Shown here piece after piece: positions 19,405 to 30,176 of a DNA stretch of 64,000 nt. This DNA comes from a bacterium UBP8_UBA817 (GTDB lineage: Bacteria > Margulisbacteria > Marinamargulisbacteria > SXXA01 > SICP01): positions 2,509-66,508 of the forward strand of contig CAMCZW010000006.1 in NCBI GenBank assembly GCA_945888435.1. The letters run 5' to 3'. Position 1 is the first letter of the stretch, and every line of letters begins with the position of its first letter. The notes under the pieces were generated by a model. That model saw only the letters and a list, made by a program, of their open reading frames with translations. It was not told the origin of the DNA and did no database searches. The position numbers and the translations under genes are program-made.

Positions 19405-20472
19405 CTACTGAGCGTAGGCCTTCATCATAAGATAGGCATCCGCAATCACAAGCGCAATCATCGCCTCAAGCACAGGGACAGCGCGTGGGCATAAACAGGG
19501 ATCATGACGGCCATGAACCTGGATCACTTCGGGTTGGCCTTCTATATCAACGGTATTTTGCTCAACTGTAATTGAGGACGGTGCTTTAATCACAGCCCTA
19601 AGCACAATATCTTCGCCCGTTGAAATCCCACCTAAAATCCCGCCACAGTGATTGGTCTCAGTACGAACCCGATCACCTTCCATATGAAAGGCATCATTGG
19701 TTTGAGAGGCTTTAAGATTAGAATGAGCAAATCCAAGACCAATCTCGACACCTTTAATCGCGCCAATCGACATCACACCATACGCAAGCATGGCATCCAA
19801 TTTATCGTATAAAGGTTCGCCCAACCCAACAGGACATCCCGTTACAACGGCTTCAAGCACCCCACCGATTGAATCGCCAGTACCCCGAATTTCTTTAATC
19901 AAAGCTTCCATTTCTTTTGCTTTTTGAGCGTCAGGACATCGAACGGCATTTCGCTCAATCTCCTGATAATCAATGACTTCAGCCTGGATATCCCCCACCG
20001 CTTTGGTATACGCAATAACCGAAACTCCTAAATGAGCCAAATATTTTTTAGCAATTGCACCCGCCGCCACACGGCAAGCCGTTTCACGGCCAGAACTTCG
20101 TCCGCCACCCCGATAATCACGAATGCCATATTTGGTGAAATAGGTAAAATCTGCATGACCAGGCCGAAACGAGTCTTTGATTTTAGAATAATCCGTAGAC
20201 CGTTGACCTTCATTTCTGATTAAAAGCGACACAGGGGCACCAGTTGTTACACCCTCAAAAACCCCCGATAAAATTTCAACCGTATCGGATTCTTTGCGAG
20301 GAGTCGTCACCGCACTTTGGCCAGGACGTCTACGATCCAAATCCACTTGGATTTCGGCTTCAGTAATCGCAATCCCAGACGGGACTCCGTCCACAATAAC
20401 CCCGATCGCTGGACCATGGCTTTCGCCGAAAGTCGTAATCGTTAATAAATGTCCAAAGGTATTTCTAGCCAT
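19405..20472 (-). CDS. aroC: chorismate synthase
   Basis: 355 aa with TTFGESHG and RGGGRSSGRETA. Confidence 0.95.
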   Translation of the reverse strand: MARNTFGHLLTITTFGESHGPAIGVIVDGVPSGIAITEAEIQVDLDRRRPGQSAVTTPRKESDTVEILSGVFEGVTTGAPVSLLIRNEGQRSTDYSKIKDSFRPGHADFTYFTKYGIRDYRGGGRSSGRETACRVAAGAIAKKYLAHLGVSVIAYTKAVGDIQAEVIDYQEIERNAVRCPDAQKAKEMEALIKEIRGTGDSIGGVLEAVVTGCPVGLGEPLYDKLDAMLAYGVMSIGAIKGVEIGLGFAHSNLKASQTNDAFHMEGDRVRTETNHCGGILGGISTGEDIVLRAVIKAPSSITVEQNTVDIEGQPEVIQVHGRHDPCLCPRAVPVLEAMIALVIADAYLMMKAYAQ

Positions 20473-20510
20473 TCGCCCAGTATAAAGGCCGGCTTCAAAA
20501 TCGCCAATAC

Positions 20511-21017
20511 TTAAGTCAGCTCTCGTCCTCTGGCCATAACGATCTTACCCGTCCTAACTACTTCAGCAACTTTAAACTCGGATAACATCGCCATCAATGT
20601 ATCAAATTGAAGCCCTGTCCCGGTCATCCTGAAAATAACAGAATCCTGCGTGATATCAATCGTCTCTGCTTTAAAATGATCTAAAATAACCAGTAACTCC
20701 TGACGGCGTTCTTTTTCAATATTGACCTTAATCAATCCAAGCTCACATTCAACTGCTTCGGCATCCGAATGCTCTAGTGCTTGAACCACATCAATCAACT
20801 TAGAACACTGCTTAACAATCTGCTCCAGTGCAGAAGGATTACCATTGGCCGAAATCGTCATTCGCGAAAAGCGACCATCTTGTGTGGGCGACACCACCAA
20901 AGACTCGATATTAAATCCACGGCGTGAAAACACGAGGGCAATCCGAAGTAAAACTCCCGGTTTATTTGCAACCAGTAAACTAATGGTATGACTATCAGAA
21001 GAGTTGATTTGAAGCAT
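20511..21017 (-). CDS. ilvH: acetolactate synthase small (regulatory) subunit
   Basis: ACT domain HTISLLVANKPGVLLRIALVFSRRGFNIESL. The ATG at 21017 sits 1 nt after the ilvB stop codon (21019-21021), so the longer track ORF is an artefact. Confidence 0.9.
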   Translation of the reverse strand: MLQINSSDSHTISLLVANKPGVLLRIALVFSRRGFNIESLVVSPTQDGRFSRMTISANGNPSALEQIVKQCSKLIDVVQALEHSDAEAVECELGLIKVNIEKERRQELLVILDHFKAETIDITQDSVIFRMTGTGLQFDTLMAMLSEFKVAEVVRTGKIVMARGRELT

Positions 21018-21018
21018 A

Positions 21019-22740
21019 TTAGGTACTCCCTTGTGGTTTTTCCATTTTACGTTTCGGCGCCTCAATGACCATATCCGATGCCGCTCCACCCGCAGGAATC
21101 ATTGGAAATACATTCCCCTCTTTCACAACTTCCGCATGGATAATACAAGGCCCCTCATTATAATCGAGGGCTCGTTTTAAAATACGTTTCACATCAGCAG
21201 GGCGTTTAATCCGAAACCCTTTAATTCCATAGGCTTCACCCAATTTAACGAAGTCAGGATTACCCACCAAATCAACGCCACTCAACCGGTCATCATAAAA
21301 AAGTTCCTGCCACTGACGAACCATTCCTAAATATTTATTATCAATAATCAGGATTTTAATCGGAAGTTTATGGATAGCGGCAGTCGATAATTCACATTCC
21401 GTCATTTGAAATCCGCCATCACCCACAACTGCCACAACGACATCATTAGGACATCCAAATTGTGCACCAATCGCACTAGGGAATCCAAACCCCATCGTCC
21501 CTGCACCACCGGAGGTCAGCCATCGGTCTGGTAAATTAAAATTAAAAAATTGAGCGGCCCACATTTGGTGCTGGCCAACGTCCGTTGTGACAATGGCATT
21601 TCCATTAGTCAGTTCATTCATTTCACTTAAAACATGTTGAGCATGAAGCCCTCCATGAATTTTATATTTGAGCGGATAACGCTTTTTATTACGCACAACT
21701 GTATCAATCCAGTCCTGAGTTTTGAGTGGCTTTAAGCGAGGGATTAATCGTTTCAATATCGCCTTGGCATCTCCAACAATGCTGGCATCAGGTACCAAAA
21801 TTTTATTAATTTCAGCCGGATCAATATCAATATGAAGCTTTTTAGCCGTTGGACAAAAGCGTTCGATTTTAGCGGGAGTAATTCGATCATCCCATCTTGA
21901 TCCAATGGAAAAAATTAAGTCACATTCAGATACCGCCATATTGGCATAGGCCGTCCCATGCATCCCTAAAAACCCAAGCGACAATTCATGGTCTTCTGGA
22001 AAAATCCCCTTAGCAAGTATCGTCGTGGTAACCGGCGCACACAACAATTCGGCCAACTGCTTCACTTCTTTAGCGGCCCGTGAAATAACCGCGCCATGTC
22101 CAATAAGAAGTAATGGTTTTTTAGACCCTTTAAAAACAGCCGCAAACGCATCAAGTTCAGCATCCGTTGGATCTTTAGGAAGAGAATAACCAGGCAAATC
22201 CATTTCAGAATTAGTTAAAGCCGCTGTACAAACCGCACTCGTAATATCTTTAGGTAAATCAATAAGTACCGGTCCAGGACGACCAGTAGATGCAATATAA
22301 AACGACTCCTCGACCACACGAGGAATATCATTTGGGTTTTTCACAAGATAACTATGCTTAACCAACGGCGCCGTAATCCCAAAAACATCAGCTTCCTGAA
22401 ACGCATCCTTGCCTAAAGCAGGCGTAATCGTTTGCCCCGTCAATACAAGCATCGGGACAGAATCCATCTGAGCTGTAAAAATCCCAGTCACAGTATTGGT
22501 CGCCCCCGGTCCGCTAGTGACCAAAACAACACCCACTTTACCCGTAGCACGAGCATAGCCATCCGCCATATGCGTCGCGCCTTGTTCATGGCGCGTTAAA
22601 ATCAATTTAATTTTAGAATCCACCAAGGCATCAAAAATAGGAATAGCCGCTCCACCCGGATAACCAAAGATGTACTCAACACCCTTATTCTCAAGACACT
22701 TAATTAAAGCCTCAGCGCCATTTATACTTTTTTTTGACAT
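21019..22740 (-). CDS. ilvB: acetolactate synthase large subunit
   Basis: 573 aa with the ThDP motif GDGGFQM..IIDNKYLGMV. Confidence 0.95.
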   Translation of the reverse strand: MSKKSINGAEALIKCLENKGVEYIFGYPGGAAIPIFDALVDSKIKLILTRHEQGATHMADGYARATGKVGVVLVTSGPGATNTVTGIFTAQMDSVPMLVLTGQTITPALGKDAFQEADVFGITAPLVKHSYLVKNPNDIPRVVEESFYIASTGRPGPVLIDLPKDITSAVCTAALTNSEMDLPGYSLPKDPTDAELDAFAAVFKGSKKPLLLIGHGAVISRAAKEVKQLAELLCAPVTTTILAKGIFPEDHELSLGFLGMHGTAYANMAVSECDLIFSIGSRWDDRITPAKIERFCPTAKKLHIDIDPAEINKILVPDASIVGDAKAILKRLIPRLKPLKTQDWIDTVVRNKKRYPLKYKIHGGLHAQHVLSEMNELTNGNAIVTTDVGQHQMWAAQFFNFNLPDRWLTSGGAGTMGFGFPSAIGAQFGCPNDVVVAVVGDGGFQMTECELSTAAIHKLPIKILIIDNKYLGMVRQWQELFYDDRLSGVDLVGNPDFVKLGEAYGIKGFRIKRPADVKRILKRALDYNEGPCIIHAEVVKEGNVFPMIPAGGAASDMVIEAPKRKMEKPQGST

Positions 22741-22888
22741 TTTTAAACCCCGATAAATAAAAGAAAATCCAATATACCAATAATTTATCGATTTTTAAAC
22801 AAATAAATTTCAGATAAATAGTTATATTGGTAAAAAATTGCAATTTTTGATAGATTTTGGATAGAAAATAATTTGAGAGGATATTGTA

Positions 22889-23233
22889 ATGAAAATACTA
22901 TCCGAATTAATTGATCAAGACGCGATCTCAAAATTCACCCCATTTCAAAAAAAAGTCTATGAAGAACTGGTTAAAATCCCTGCAGGCCAAGTCATCACAT
23001 ATCAAGAGCTCGCCAAAAAAGCAGGTAACCCCAAAGCCGCACGTGCCGTTGGACATGCCATGGCCACCAATCCATTCGTCATCATAATCCCCTGCCATCG
23101 CGTGATTAACGCCAGCGGGGAAATTGGAAATTATTCAGACGGCGGCCCTTCTAGAAAAGAGAAACTACTCATCAGCGAAGGCGTTAAGATTGAAAATGGA
23201 AAAATAAATCAAAGACACTTCCATTTTTTGTAA
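22889..23233 (+). CDS. methylated-DNA--protein-cysteine methyltransferase (single-domain MGMT)
   Basis: 114 aa with the active site IPCHRV. Confidence 0.85.
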   Translation: MKILSELIDQDAISKFTPFQKKVYEELVKIPAGQVITYQELAKKAGNPKAARAVGHAMATNPFVIIIPCHRVINASGEIGNYSDGGPSRKEKLLISEGVKIENGKINQRHFHFL

Positions 23234-23299
23234 ATCCTAAAAAGCAAGGTATTATGTGCTTAAATTCTAATAAAAAGTGAATGAATGGGGGAATGATTT

Positions 23300-24859
23300 A
23301 TGACAACGCCAGGCAAATGGACTCTGGGCTTACTAAGTGCCGTCACCTTAATCGGGCTAAGCGGTTGCGGATCTGGGGGAAGCGACGACGACTCTATTAG
23401 CACTACTACTGCCACCATTACTGGTAGACTTCAACTCCCAAGCGGCGGATCATCATTTACAACAAAAACAGAAAGCCCATCAAATTACATCGTATGGGTT
23501 CAAAACCGAGGAACCGGAGAATCATTTCAAGTCGATGTTGGTTCAGACGGCAACTTTGAACTTGATGTAAACAAAACCGACGACGTCGATTCAGGCGATA
23601 ATTTCATTGCCACTCTCATCAAAAAAGAACCACTCGAATTCGCAGGAACCATCCTTATTCAAAGTGAACTATCTGGAGAAACAGCCAATACTGGACTTGG
23701 AATTCAAGGTAACTTACCCAATATGGACATCCAATTCGATCCAGATACAGGAAGAGCCGTCCTCACCAACCCAACCGACAATATTAATCTAATCATTAAA
23801 GAAGGATTCACAGTAAATTTAGACGGAGCAGAAGGCCCTCCAATCGGATTTGGAAACTTAGGTAAAGGAGCCGGCTCCCTCGGACTACAAAGTGAAACCA
23901 ACATTAAAGACAAAGACCAAGATGGAATACCCGATATTTTTGATGCCATGAATGATGGCGAAAATTTAGACAATAAAATAAGCTACGGCTATTATAGTGA
24001 AATCCTAAAAATGGGTCCTAAATTTGAAAATTTTTTCATAGGATCTGCGGTCTCACACATCACGATGTTCATGAACATTAAAGTCGACAACGAAGACCGA
24101 AACGACCCCAATTTAGTCACCGAAAACGCCGTCATCGTATTTGAAGTTCACGAATCCGGAACCGACACCATCACCTCCGTCAGACTCGACTTACTCCACG
24201 AAAACTGGAGAAGCTCATCCCTTCAGCAACTCCCAGGTGGATTCGTCGACCTAGCCTCCCCTACCGCCTACCCTTCTCAAGGAACCGCCTGGTCCACACC
24301 AAACTATTTGTATAAAGCCACAAATCGCAGTAGCCAAACCGTATGGACCACGCTCATCAAGCCCGACAACGGTTCATTTACCGCAGGAAACTTAGTCCGC
24401 TTCAAAATCACTAAAGCATATGGCCGAACGGAATATCATTGGAAATCTCTCAACTTCAAATTCATCTCCACAGTCAGCGCAGACTCATCCCCTTCCGTCG
24501 ATACGGGAACTATAATGGGCGCAGGGACAAGATCCAGCCTCTACGAACTAAGCCCCTCATCCAGCATGACCATCGGATGGAATCATCCTAATGACGAAGA
24601 TGGAAATGACCTCACAGGGCTAACGTATCGGATCGAACTATTCCATTACGACGCAGATAATCAGCAAGTAGGATCTCCCCAAGTCCTCAGCGTATCTGGA
24701 ATCAGCCCCACATCGTTCACCATCCCATCCGCCAATATCGACATGTATAACGATCTTTCACCCGCATTCGTCCAAGTCGACATCACCGCTGGCTATCCAT
24801 ACGGTGATAACGCCGCATCCAAAATCTTCATCCGACGCAGCAATTGGGAAATGCCCTAA
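23300..24859 (+). CDS. lipoprotein with N-terminal carboxypeptidase-regulatory-like fold and an Asp-rich Ca-binding-like motif
   Basis: Signal peptide plus lipobox LIGLSGC. ITGRLQLP..GNFELDV resembles the CarboxypepD_reg pattern. KDKDQDGIPDIFDAMNDGENLD resembles a thrombospondin type-3 repeat. Confidence 0.7.
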   Translation: MTTPGKWTLGLLSAVTLIGLSGCGSGGSDDDSISTTTATITGRLQLPSGGSSFTTKTESPSNYIVWVQNRGTGESFQVDVGSDGNFELDVNKTDDVDSGDNFIATLIKKEPLEFAGTILIQSELSGETANTGLGIQGNLPNMDIQFDPDTGRAVLTNPTDNINLIIKEGFTVNLDGAEGPPIGFGNLGKGAGSLGLQSETNIKDKDQDGIPDIFDAMNDGENLDNKISYGYYSEILKMGPKFENFFIGSAVSHITMFMNIKVDNEDRNDPNLVTENAVIVFEVHESGTDTITSVRLDLLHENWRSSSLQQLPGGFVDLASPTAYPSQGTAWSTPNYLYKATNRSSQTVWTTLIKPDNGSFTAGNLVRFKITKAYGRTEYHWKSLNFKFISTVSADSSPSVDTGTIMGAGTRSSLYELSPSSSMTIGWNHPNDEDGNDLTGLTYRIELFHYDADNQQVGSPQVLSVSGISPTSFTIPSANIDMYNDLSPAFVQVDITAGYPYGDNAASKIFIRRSNWEMP

Positions 24860-25752
24860 TGCACACGCCCCTCCCAGAAAACCGATTAAACACTCCACAA
24901 GCCCAAATCTGGACAAGCATCCTAGAAACCGCCCCAATCATCCTCACAAAAAAAATTGACCTCACCCAAGACATCATCAAAATCGGCGACGCTACAGAAA
25001 TCTCCCCCGCCCAAAAAGAAACCATCCTCTCCGCATTCAAAGCCCTAACTCCCTGGAGAAAAGGACCTTACCAGATTTTTGGCACTCTCATCGATAGCGA
25101 ATGGCAATGCCAACTCAAATGGAATCGCCTTGCTCCACACCTCCCAGACCTCACAGACAAAACCGTCCTCGACATCGGCTGCAACTCGGGATATTTCAGC
25201 TTCAGACTCGCAGGCTTAAACGCCAAAAAGGTCATCGCTATCGATCCAACCACCCTCTACTATTTTCAATTTCATCTCCTTAATCGATATATCAACACCA
25301 CTCAAATCGATTACCTCCCTATCGGATTCGAAGATCTTAGCCCCACAATCCCCCAATTCGACGTCATCCTCAATATGGGCATCCTCTATCACCATCCAAA
25401 TCCCATCGACTGTCTGATGATCTGCAAAAATAAACTCAAAAAAAATGGGCTTCTCATTTTAGAAACCCTCATTATCTCCGACCCAGCCATCACCTCCCTC
25501 ATCCCCAAAAACCGGTATGCCGGCATGAAAAATATCACCCAAATCCCTTCCGTCCCTCAAATTATGGAGTGGTTATCGCATTGCGGATTCTCCTCCGCCG
25601 AAGTCATCGGCACCACCATCACTACAATTAGCGAACAGCGAAGTACCCCCTGGAGCTCTCCACATTCCCTAAAAAACGTCATCACCGATACCGGCCTCAC
25701 CATCGAAGGTTACCCTCAACCTAGACGTGTCATGATCAAAGCATGGGCCTAA
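24844..25752 (+). CDS. cmoB: tRNA U34 carboxymethyltransferase
   Basis: LTPWRKGPYQIFGTLIDSEWQCQLKWNRL..VLDIGCNSGYF matches the CmoB N-terminal signature plus a SAM-fold GxGxG. The start could be 24859. Confidence 0.8.
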   Translation: MGNALMHTPLPENRLNTPQAQIWTSILETAPIILTKKIDLTQDIIKIGDATEISPAQKETILSAFKALTPWRKGPYQIFGTLIDSEWQCQLKWNRLAPHLPDLTDKTVLDIGCNSGYFSFRLAGLNAKKVIAIDPTTLYYFQFHLLNRYINTTQIDYLPIGFEDLSPTIPQFDVILNMGILYHHPNPIDCLMICKNKLKKNGLLILETLIISDPAITSLIPKNRYAGMKNITQIPSVPQIMEWLSHCGFSSAEVIGTTITTISEQRSTPWSSPHSLKNVITDTGLTIEGYPQPRRVMIKAWA

Positions 25753-25803
25753 CGCATAACTTAAGCTTGAGAAAAGCACCTAAAAGCGAGTAAATTAGAG
25801 AAC

Positions 25804-26835
25804 ATGAATCATGCAGTCATCTTAGCCGGCGGAATGGGGACCCGATTTTGGCCATTGTCCCGTCTCAAAAACGCCAAACAATTTATCAGACTAATCGACA
25901 ACAAATCCTTTCTTGAACATACCATCGACCGCGTTGGTACCATCATCGACATACCGCATGTCTGGATCGTCGGAAATAAAGACCAAGAAACTCAACTGAG
26001 AGAACATGCGTCTCAGATTAATCAAAATCAAACTCTATTAGAACCCTGTGGAAAGAATACAGCCGCGTGCATCGCTTGGGCCGCCTTTGAATTACTTAAA
26101 AAAGATCCCGACGCCATCATGATCGTCCTCCCGTCAGATCATATGATTAGCCCAAATAAGGCATTTGCAGACACCATTTCAACCGCGCTCCAAATCGTCC
26201 ACAACCAAGATGTCTTGATCACCATCGGCATCCCCCCCACTTTCGCCAATACCGCCTATGGATATATCGAAACCACTCAAAAAAATGCAGTCAGTCTCCC
26301 CGTCATGGCTTTTCACGAAAAACCCAATAAAGAAACTGCAGAAGCCTACTTAAAAAAAGGACATTTTTATTGGAATTCTGGCATTTTTATCTGGAAGGCA
26401 GCGACCATTCTTGAGCAAATCAAGCATCATTTACCTAATCTCTATGCCGCTCTAAAAACCGGTATCGATACCAACACCAGCATCCCAGATATTTACCCAA
26501 CGCTCGACTCCATCTCTATCGACTATGGCATTATGGAAAAATCCGCCCACATCACCCAAGTGATTCCCGCAAGTTTCACCTGGAGCGACATCGGCAGCTG
26601 GACCGCACTCAATGATTTTCTTCCTAAAGACCCGCACAACAACGCCTCAGAAACCAATGTCATCGCCCACAACAGTCATGACAACATCATCCATGCCCCA
26701 GGCAAAACCGTCGCACTCATCGGCATCGACAACCTCATCGTCGTAGACACTCCAGACGCACTCCTCATTGTCCAAAAATGCCATGATCAGGACGTCAAAT
26801 CCATCATGTCCCAACTCCCAAATTCACTCAAATGA
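25804..26835 (+). CDS. manC: mannose-1-phosphate guanylyltransferase
   Basis: 343 aa with ILAGGMGTRFWPLSR. The nucleotidyltransferase domain is present without a PMI domain. Confidence 0.8.
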   Translation: MNHAVILAGGMGTRFWPLSRLKNAKQFIRLIDNKSFLEHTIDRVGTIIDIPHVWIVGNKDQETQLREHASQINQNQTLLEPCGKNTAACIAWAAFELLKKDPDAIMIVLPSDHMISPNKAFADTISTALQIVHNQDVLITIGIPPTFANTAYGYIETTQKNAVSLPVMAFHEKPNKETAEAYLKKGHFYWNSGIFIWKAATILEQIKHHLPNLYAALKTGIDTNTSIPDIYPTLDSISIDYGIMEKSAHITQVIPASFTWSDIGSWTALNDFLPKDPHNNASETNVIAHNSHDNIIHAPGKTVALIGIDNLIVVDTPDALLIVQKCHDQDVKSIMSQLPNSLK

Positions 26836-27944
26836 CCCCATTTCATCTCCGCATCCAAACTAATTCCCCCGGTGAACTCACCAGTTGGGTCACCCCCCTA
26901 GTCGCCCAATTTAAAAAAAATTGCCCAGATAGCACCGTCACCATCCACCTCGTCCCCTGCCAATACAAAAGTGGCCAGGAAAAAGAAATTGCCCAAAATA
27001 TCAGGGGCGTTGATCACGTCACCTCCCCCAAAGAAACCATCAAAAAAATTTTCAATTTCAAAAAAGATCTTAAAGAAACCGGTGCAATCCTATTTTTAGG
27101 TGGAGACCCGATCTACACACGCTTGCTAAGTAAAAAGTTTCATATCCCAGCATATGCCTATACAGAACACGCCTACCCCATTGGCCGGCATTTTAAGCAT
27201 GTATTTCGCAAACACATCGATGGCGACTTAATGGCCGTCCGCCCTCTCCAGTTTTCAGCTTCAAAAGCAGATATCCTCAAAAAATATCACCTCGAAGACA
27301 AGCCCTATCTCCTCATTTTCACAGGATCGCGCCCTCAGCATTTCGAACACCTCACCCCACTCATCGCCCAAACCCTGGATCACCTCCACAAAACCCGTCC
27401 AGATATTGCCACTCTCATCCAAATCTCGCCCTTCATCACCCAAGAACTTCTCCAAAAAGTCCAAAAAAACACTCCCATTCCCTCCGCAAAATGGCTAAGA
27501 GGCGACTCTCTCGACTTACTCAGCATCTCCAAACTCCTCCTCACCATCCCCGGCACAAACAATGCCGAAGCCATGTACATGAAATGCCCCATGCTCATCG
27601 TCATCCCAATGCATCACCCCAAACATCTTATTTTAGACGGACTTCCAGGGCTCATCGGGAACATCCCCCTCATCGGTCCGCCCATTAAAGTCTGGGCGGT
27701 CACCAAATATGTTAAAACCCATCCACTCTTAAGCCTGCCTAATCGTTATCTCAAAAAAAAGGTCGTCCCAGAACTCATCGGGAAATGGACACCTATCGAA
27801 CTTGCAACTGCAGTCACCACATTATGGGACTCCAAAGAACACCTAAACGATCAAATCACCCATTATTCAGAGATTAATCTTGATAAGGAAGCAGAGATCC
27901 TAAAAAAAATTGTGATAACTATCCTTTCAAAAAGCGCCACATAA
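26832..27944 (+). CDS. LpxB-like glycosyltransferase (lipid-A-disaccharide synthase family, GT19)
   Basis: 370 aa. LIFTGSRPQH.., TIPGTNNAEAMYMKCPMLIV and HPLLSLPNRYLKKKVVPELIG parallel E. coli LpxB LLPGSRGAE, ASGTAALECMLAKCPMVV and YVSLPNLLAGRELVKELLQ (from memory). Confidence 0.6.
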   Translation: MTPFHLRIQTNSPGELTSWVTPLVAQFKKNCPDSTVTIHLVPCQYKSGQEKEIAQNIRGVDHVTSPKETIKKIFNFKKDLKETGAILFLGGDPIYTRLLSKKFHIPAYAYTEHAYPIGRHFKHVFRKHIDGDLMAVRPLQFSASKADILKKYHLEDKPYLLIFTGSRPQHFEHLTPLIAQTLDHLHKTRPDIATLIQISPFITQELLQKVQKNTPIPSAKWLRGDSLDLLSISKLLLTIPGTNNAEAMYMKCPMLIVIPMHHPKHLILDGLPGLIGNIPLIGPPIKVWAVTKYVKTHPLLSLPNRYLKKKVVPELIGKWTPIELATAVTTLWDSKEHLNDQITHYSEINLDKEAEILKKIVITILSKSAT

Positions 27945-28814
27945 GCGCAATTCAGATTCAATCACTGCAAGCTCTGCCTCAGTCACATCCACTAAAGGCA
28001 AGCGGGGAATCCCCACCTTAAACCCTTGTAACCGTAGCGCCGCTTTCACAGGCGTCGGATTAGAAGTAATGAACATTGCCTTAAATATCGGCGCTAATTT
28101 CAAATCTAACTCACGCGCTTCAACCATCTTTCCTGCAGCAGCCATATTCACCAATTGGCGCATATATGTCCCTACCACTTGCGCAGCCACAGAGACCACA
28201 CCAACCGCACCAGCGTCCATAAAATCCACCGTCAACGCATCATCGCCAGAATAAACTAAAAACGACTCAGGAGTGACCTGCCGTATCTTTTTCATTTGGT
28301 CCAAAGATCCAGCAGCTTCTTTAACCCCAATAATATTCCGCACAGATGCTAATCGAGCCATCGTTTCAGGAAGCATATTCACACCCGTCCGCCCAGGAAC
28401 ATTATATAAAAGAACAGGTAAAGAGGTCGATTCCGCAACAGCCTTAAAATGCTGAAACATCCCTTCTTGCGATGGTTTGTTGTAATAAGGTACAACTTGC
28501 AAAACCCCATCCACTCCAAGTCTCTCAGCTTCTTGAGTTGATTTAATCGCAGTCGCGGTGGAATTCGATCCAGTACCCGCCATAATCTTCGCTTTCCCTT
28601 TAAAGTGAGAGACAAAGCGTCCAAATAATTCAAATTCTTCATCATGGGTCAACGTCGGACATTCTCCCGTCGTGCCCGCTAGTAAAATCGTATCCGTGCC
28701 AGTCGCGACCAAATGCTCGCCAAGCCGAATCGCTTCCTCAAAATCAACGCCACCCTCTTCATTAAAAGGAGTCGCCATCGCCGTAATAATTCGTCCAAAG
28801 ATTAATTGATTCAT
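27927..28814 (-). CDS. dapA: 4-hydroxy-tetrahydrodipicolinate synthase
   Basis: TAMATPF, LAGTTGE and the Schiff-base lysine in IIGVKEA. The start is at ATG 28814 (MNQLIFG..); the 37-codon track extension is implausible. Confidence 0.92.
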   Translation of the reverse strand: MNQLIFGRIITAMATPFNEEGGVDFEEAIRLGEHLVATGTDTILLAGTTGECPTLTHDEEFELFGRFVSHFKGKAKIMAGTGSNSTATAIKSTQEAERLGVDGVLQVVPYYNKPSQEGMFQHFKAVAESTSLPVLLYNVPGRTGVNMLPETMARLASVRNIIGVKEAAGSLDQMKKIRQVTPESFLVYSGDDALTVDFMDAGAVGVVSVAAQVVGTYMRQLVNMAAAGKMVEARELDLKLAPIFKAMFITSNPTPVKAALRLQGFKVGIPRLPLVDVTEAELAVIESELRLCGAF

Positions 28815-28875
28815 AAACCCACCTATAAAATCTAGGCGGAATATTCGCACACGACTAGCGCTTTGACAACAAGGC

Positions 28876-30078
28876 TTATAAGCCAGTGTCTTCAGGAAAA
28901 AGAGAAATAGGAGCCTCCGCCTCAATTGCAGTCAACGTCAACACCTCAACCTGACTCAATCTTCGGTCAATTGTCCGTGATTTTGAGGAGACTTCATCAA
29001 TCGTATTACTCGCTTCCTGCAATTTCTTTTTCGTTTTATCAATCAGCATTCCAAATTTCAAAAACTCGGTTTTCACCTTCCCCAATACTTCCCATACTTC
29101 GCTCGATCGTTTTTGAATCGCCAAAGTTTTAAACCCCATCTGCAAGCTATTGAGTAATGCCGCCAACGTCGTAGGCCCCGCAATCAATACTTTATACTCA
29201 TTCTGCAACACATCCAAAATCCCAGGACGCCGCAATATTTCCGCATACATCCCCTCAATCGGGATAAACATAATCGCAAAATCCGTCGTAAATGGTGGAT
29301 CAATATATTTTTCTTTAATCTCTTTCGCCTCTCTCTTCACCATCATTTCAAGCTGCTTACCTTCAATCTCCACCTGTTCCGGATTCACGGCATCCTGTGC
29401 AGCCATCAATCGTTGATACGGATCCTGTGGACATTTCGCATCAATCGGAAGCCATACGACATCCACACCGTTCTCTAATTTTCCAGGCAATTTCACGGCA
29501 TACTCTACCGTCTCCCGACCATGCGATTTTGTACGGACATTCTGAGCATACTGATCCATCGACAACACCTGCTCAAGCAAGTTCCCCAATTGAACCTCCC
29601 CCCAAGTCCCTCGCGTCTTCACATTCGTAAGCACTCGCTTCAAATCCCCAACCCCAGACGCCAAGGTCTGCATCTCTCCTAACCCTTTATGCACCAACTC
29701 CAACCGATCACCGACCAACTTAAACGACTCACCCAACCGCTTCTCTAAAGTAGAATGTAATTTTTCATCCACAGTCAGTCTCATTTCTTCTAATTTTTTA
29801 TGATTATCTTCCTGCAACAACTGCATGCGTTTTTCAATCGTATCCCGCATCTTATCCAGTCGCCCTTCATTAGACTCCATCACCTTTGCAATTTGAATCG
29901 AAAACTGATGCATATTCTGAGACAATTCCTGCCGAAACCGCCCCATTTCATTCCTAATCTGACCATCCAATCGATCAATATCCCGCGACAAGCCATTATC
30001 CTTCTGCAAAAAATACATCCGAACCAAAAGCCCCAACACCAAAAGCAAAATAAAAATCTGAACAACTTCAAAAATCAC
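28876..30078 (-). CDS. rmuC: DNA recombination protein RmuC
   Basis: N-terminal TM helix, long coiled coil and RmuC C-terminal region (DFAIMFIPIEG). I prefer the GTG at 30078, preceded by GGAGGG with a 6-nt spacer, over the track start at 30174. Confidence 0.8.
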   Translation of the reverse strand: MIFEVVQIFILLLVLGLLVRMYFLQKDNGLSRDIDRLDGQIRNEMGRFRQELSQNMHQFSIQIAKVMESNEGRLDKMRDTIEKRMQLLQEDNHKKLEEMRLTVDEKLHSTLEKRLGESFKLVGDRLELVHKGLGEMQTLASGVGDLKRVLTNVKTRGTWGEVQLGNLLEQVLSMDQYAQNVRTKSHGRETVEYAVKLPGKLENGVDVVWLPIDAKCPQDPYQRLMAAQDAVNPEQVEIEGKQLEMMVKREAKEIKEKYIDPPFTTDFAIMFIPIEGMYAEILRRPGILDVLQNEYKVLIAGPTTLAALLNSLQMGFKTLAIQKRSSEVWEVLGKVKTEFLKFGMLIDKTKKKLQEASNTIDEVSSKSRTIDRRLSQVEVLTLTAIEAEAPISLFPEDTGL

Positions 30079-30176
30079 AAAAAACCCTCCAAAAATCCAA
30101 TAAAAAAAACGGCAAATAATGACCGTACTCACAATTTGCCTTGACTTTTTATGAGTTCTATCACAAAATGCCAAAT

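Noticed and set aside
28815-28925. N-terminal extensions of track ORFs: dapA (28815-28925), pyk (17879-17917), ilvH (21018-21089), rpsA (53920-53961), rmuC (30079-30174), the KH protein (10529-10549), collar 2 (40421-40447) and rpoN (38057-38125).
   Set aside because: Internal starts give canonical N-termini, often with a Shine-Dalgarno sequence (AGGAGG before rpsA, GGAGGG before rmuC). The extensions would overlap upstream genes or encode implausible peptides.
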